Part shown: positions 25,152 through 26,499 of the stretch, piece by piece
Layout: each line of letters begins with the position of its first letter
Position numbering within the stretch: the first letter of the stretch is position 1
Source: a virus
Lineage: Duplodnaviria > Caudoviricetes
Virus record (IMG/VR): IMGVR_UViG_3300043414_000021
Span: 1 to 26,499 of that record
DNA length: 26,499 nt
Reading direction: 5' to 3' (one strand)
The notes under the pieces: model-generated
Database searches by the model: none
What the model was told of the DNA's origin: nothing
Seen by the model: the letters and a program-made list of their open reading frames with translations, nothing else
Position numbers and translations under genes: made by a program

Positions 25152-25225
25152 TGCCCCAGTAGGGGTGTCATTTTGCCCTCACAATACTGTGCTATTAGCT
25201 GGGTTCCCCAACAAGGAACCCGGCT

Positions 25226-26182
25226 ATGATAACTAAAGTATCTGACAAAGATTTTTTAGAGGCTTGGGAAAAACTCAAGTCCCCAGCAGCACTTGCAAGG
25301 CTGTTTAAAATGTCTGAACGCCGCGTCCACAGCAGGCGACGTTCATTAGAGAACAGTTTAAACATTAAGCTTAACGCTGAAAAATTAATTGAACCACACA
25401 TAAAAAAAGCCCGTCATCAAGCAGGTGTAACAGACGGCATAGTCCTAGTATTTAGTGATGCCCACTTCTGGCCCGGCATCAGAAGCACCGCGTTTAAAGG
25501 GCTTCTATGGGCAATCAAAGAACTCAAGCCCCACGTTATTATTAACAACGGAGACGCATTTGATGGCTCCGCAATCAGCAGGTACCCTAGAATCGGTTGG
25601 GGGCATCAGCCCTCGGTCCGCCAAGAACTAGAAGCCTGTCAGGAAGCTCTAGGAGAGATTGAAAAGGCAGCACACAAGGCTAGGCACCACACACAGTTGA
25701 TATGGCCTCTGGGCAATCATGACAGCCGGTTTGAGACTAAATTAGCTCAGTCGGCATCAGAGTTTGAAGGGGTTTCAGGTTTAGCTCTTAAAGACCATTT
25801 TCCCAAATGGCATGCCTGTTGGTCATGTTGGCTAACTGATAACGTGATTGTCAAACACAGATATAAGGGTGGCATTCACGCTACGCATCAGAACACCCAA
25901 TCAGCCGGGATATCAATAGTGACCGGGCATCTGCACAGTCTTAAAACGACTCCGTATTCAGATTACAAAGGCACCCGTTGGGGGGTAGATACTGGAACAT
26001 TGGCAGAAATCGACGGTCCTCAGTTTATGGACTATCTGGAAGATTCGCCTGTAAACTGGAGATCTGGCTTCGCGGTCCTTACATTTAAGGACTCAAAGAT
26101 GTTATGGCCGGAGTTGGTAAGTAAGCACGAAGATGGGATAATAGACTTTCGTGGTCAACTTATTGATGTAAGTGGGTTCTAA
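25226..26182 (+). CDS. Calcineurin-like metallophosphoesterase with N-terminal HTH-like region
   Basis: SDAH, NGDAFD, GNHD, KH and TGHLH metal-binding motifs. Confidence 0.9.
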   Translation: MITKVSDKDFLEAWEKLKSPAALARLFKMSERRVHSRRRSLENSLNIKLNAEKLIEPHIKKARHQAGVTDGIVLVFSDAHFWPGIRSTAFKGLLWAIKELKPHVIINNGDAFDGSAISRYPRIGWGHQPSVRQELEACQEALGEIEKAAHKARHHTQLIWPLGNHDSRFETKLAQSASEFEGVSGLALKDHFPKWHACWSCWLTDNVIVKHRYKGGIHATHQNTQSAGISIVTGHLHSLKTTPYSDYKGTRWGVDTGTLAEIDGPQFMDYLEDSPVNWRSGFAVLTFKDSKMLWPELVSKHEDGIIDFRGQLIDVSGF

Positions 26183-26343
26183 TGGAAATTGTTGAACTTT
26201 TCCTTAAAGCATGGCCTGTGCTACTTGGTCTTGTCACGCTCATTATCGTGCTCTCCAAATTAGACTTGCGGGTTGCGGTTTTGGAAGAGAAGGTCAAGTC
26301 AGCGTTTGAGATCATTAACAAAATGAGGGACAAAAATGGCTGA
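26182..26343 (+). CDS. Holin-like single-TM protein (53 aa, absent from the ORF track)
   Basis: MEIVELFLKAWPVLLGLVTLIIVLSKLDLRVAVLEEKVK...; one TM helix plus charged tail; overlaps the endolysin start. Confidence 0.65.
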   Translation: MEIVELFLKAWPVLLGLVTLIIVLSKLDLRVAVLEEKVKSAFEIINKMRDKNG

Positions 26344-26499
26344 GTTCAATCCCGCTTTTGAGCAAATGATCCGCGACGAAGGCGGTTACGTTCTTCACAC
26401 TATTCCCGGTGATACCGGAGGGATGACTTATGCTGGAATTGCACGAAACAAAAACCCCCAGTGGGGCGGATGGAACCTCATCGACCACAAAGAAATCAA
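26336..26499 (+). CDS. Endolysin, glycoside hydrolase family 108 (truncated by the window end)
   Basis: MAEFNPAFEQMIRDEGGYVLHTIPGDTGGMTYAGIAR carries the EGGY...D.GG.T..GI GH108 signature. Confidence 0.85.
   Translation, partial: MAEFNPAFEQMIRDEGGYVLHTIPGDTGGMTYAGIARNKNPQWGGWNLIDHKEI

Overview
This is the packaging, virion-morphogenesis and start-of-lysis arm of a tailed dsDNA phage (Caudoviricetes). It is probably podovirus-like, since no tail tube, sheath or tape-measure gene is visible. All credible genes are on the + strand, in this order: terS, a stand-alone LexA-type DNA-binding protein, terL, portal, GroES-like co-chaperonin, scaffold, capsid-associated proteins, major capsid protein, a block of fibre/lectin genes, a cluster of small Lys-rich proteins, head-tail adaptors, more fibres (one with an S74 chaperone), a metallophosphoesterase, a holin-like protein and a truncated GH108 endolysin. 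The most striking signals are non-coding or motif-level: (1) an oriC-like cluster of DnaA boxes abutting an SOS (LexA) box over the terS promoter, plus a parS site at the end of terS; (2) a promoter-driven, double-pseudoknot RNA leader after the capsid terminator whose pairing would cover the RBS of the next gene; (3) an over-represented GTTTAAAC palindrome at three predicted promoters; (4) a C/G-homopolymer and G-quadruplex region between terS and terL; (5) basic proteins punctuated by [MFY]xxGG motifs that suggest polyprotein processing. The CTGT-N8-ACAG box and parS point to a beta/gammaproteobacterial host (inference). All calls come from reading motifs by eye; no database searches were run.
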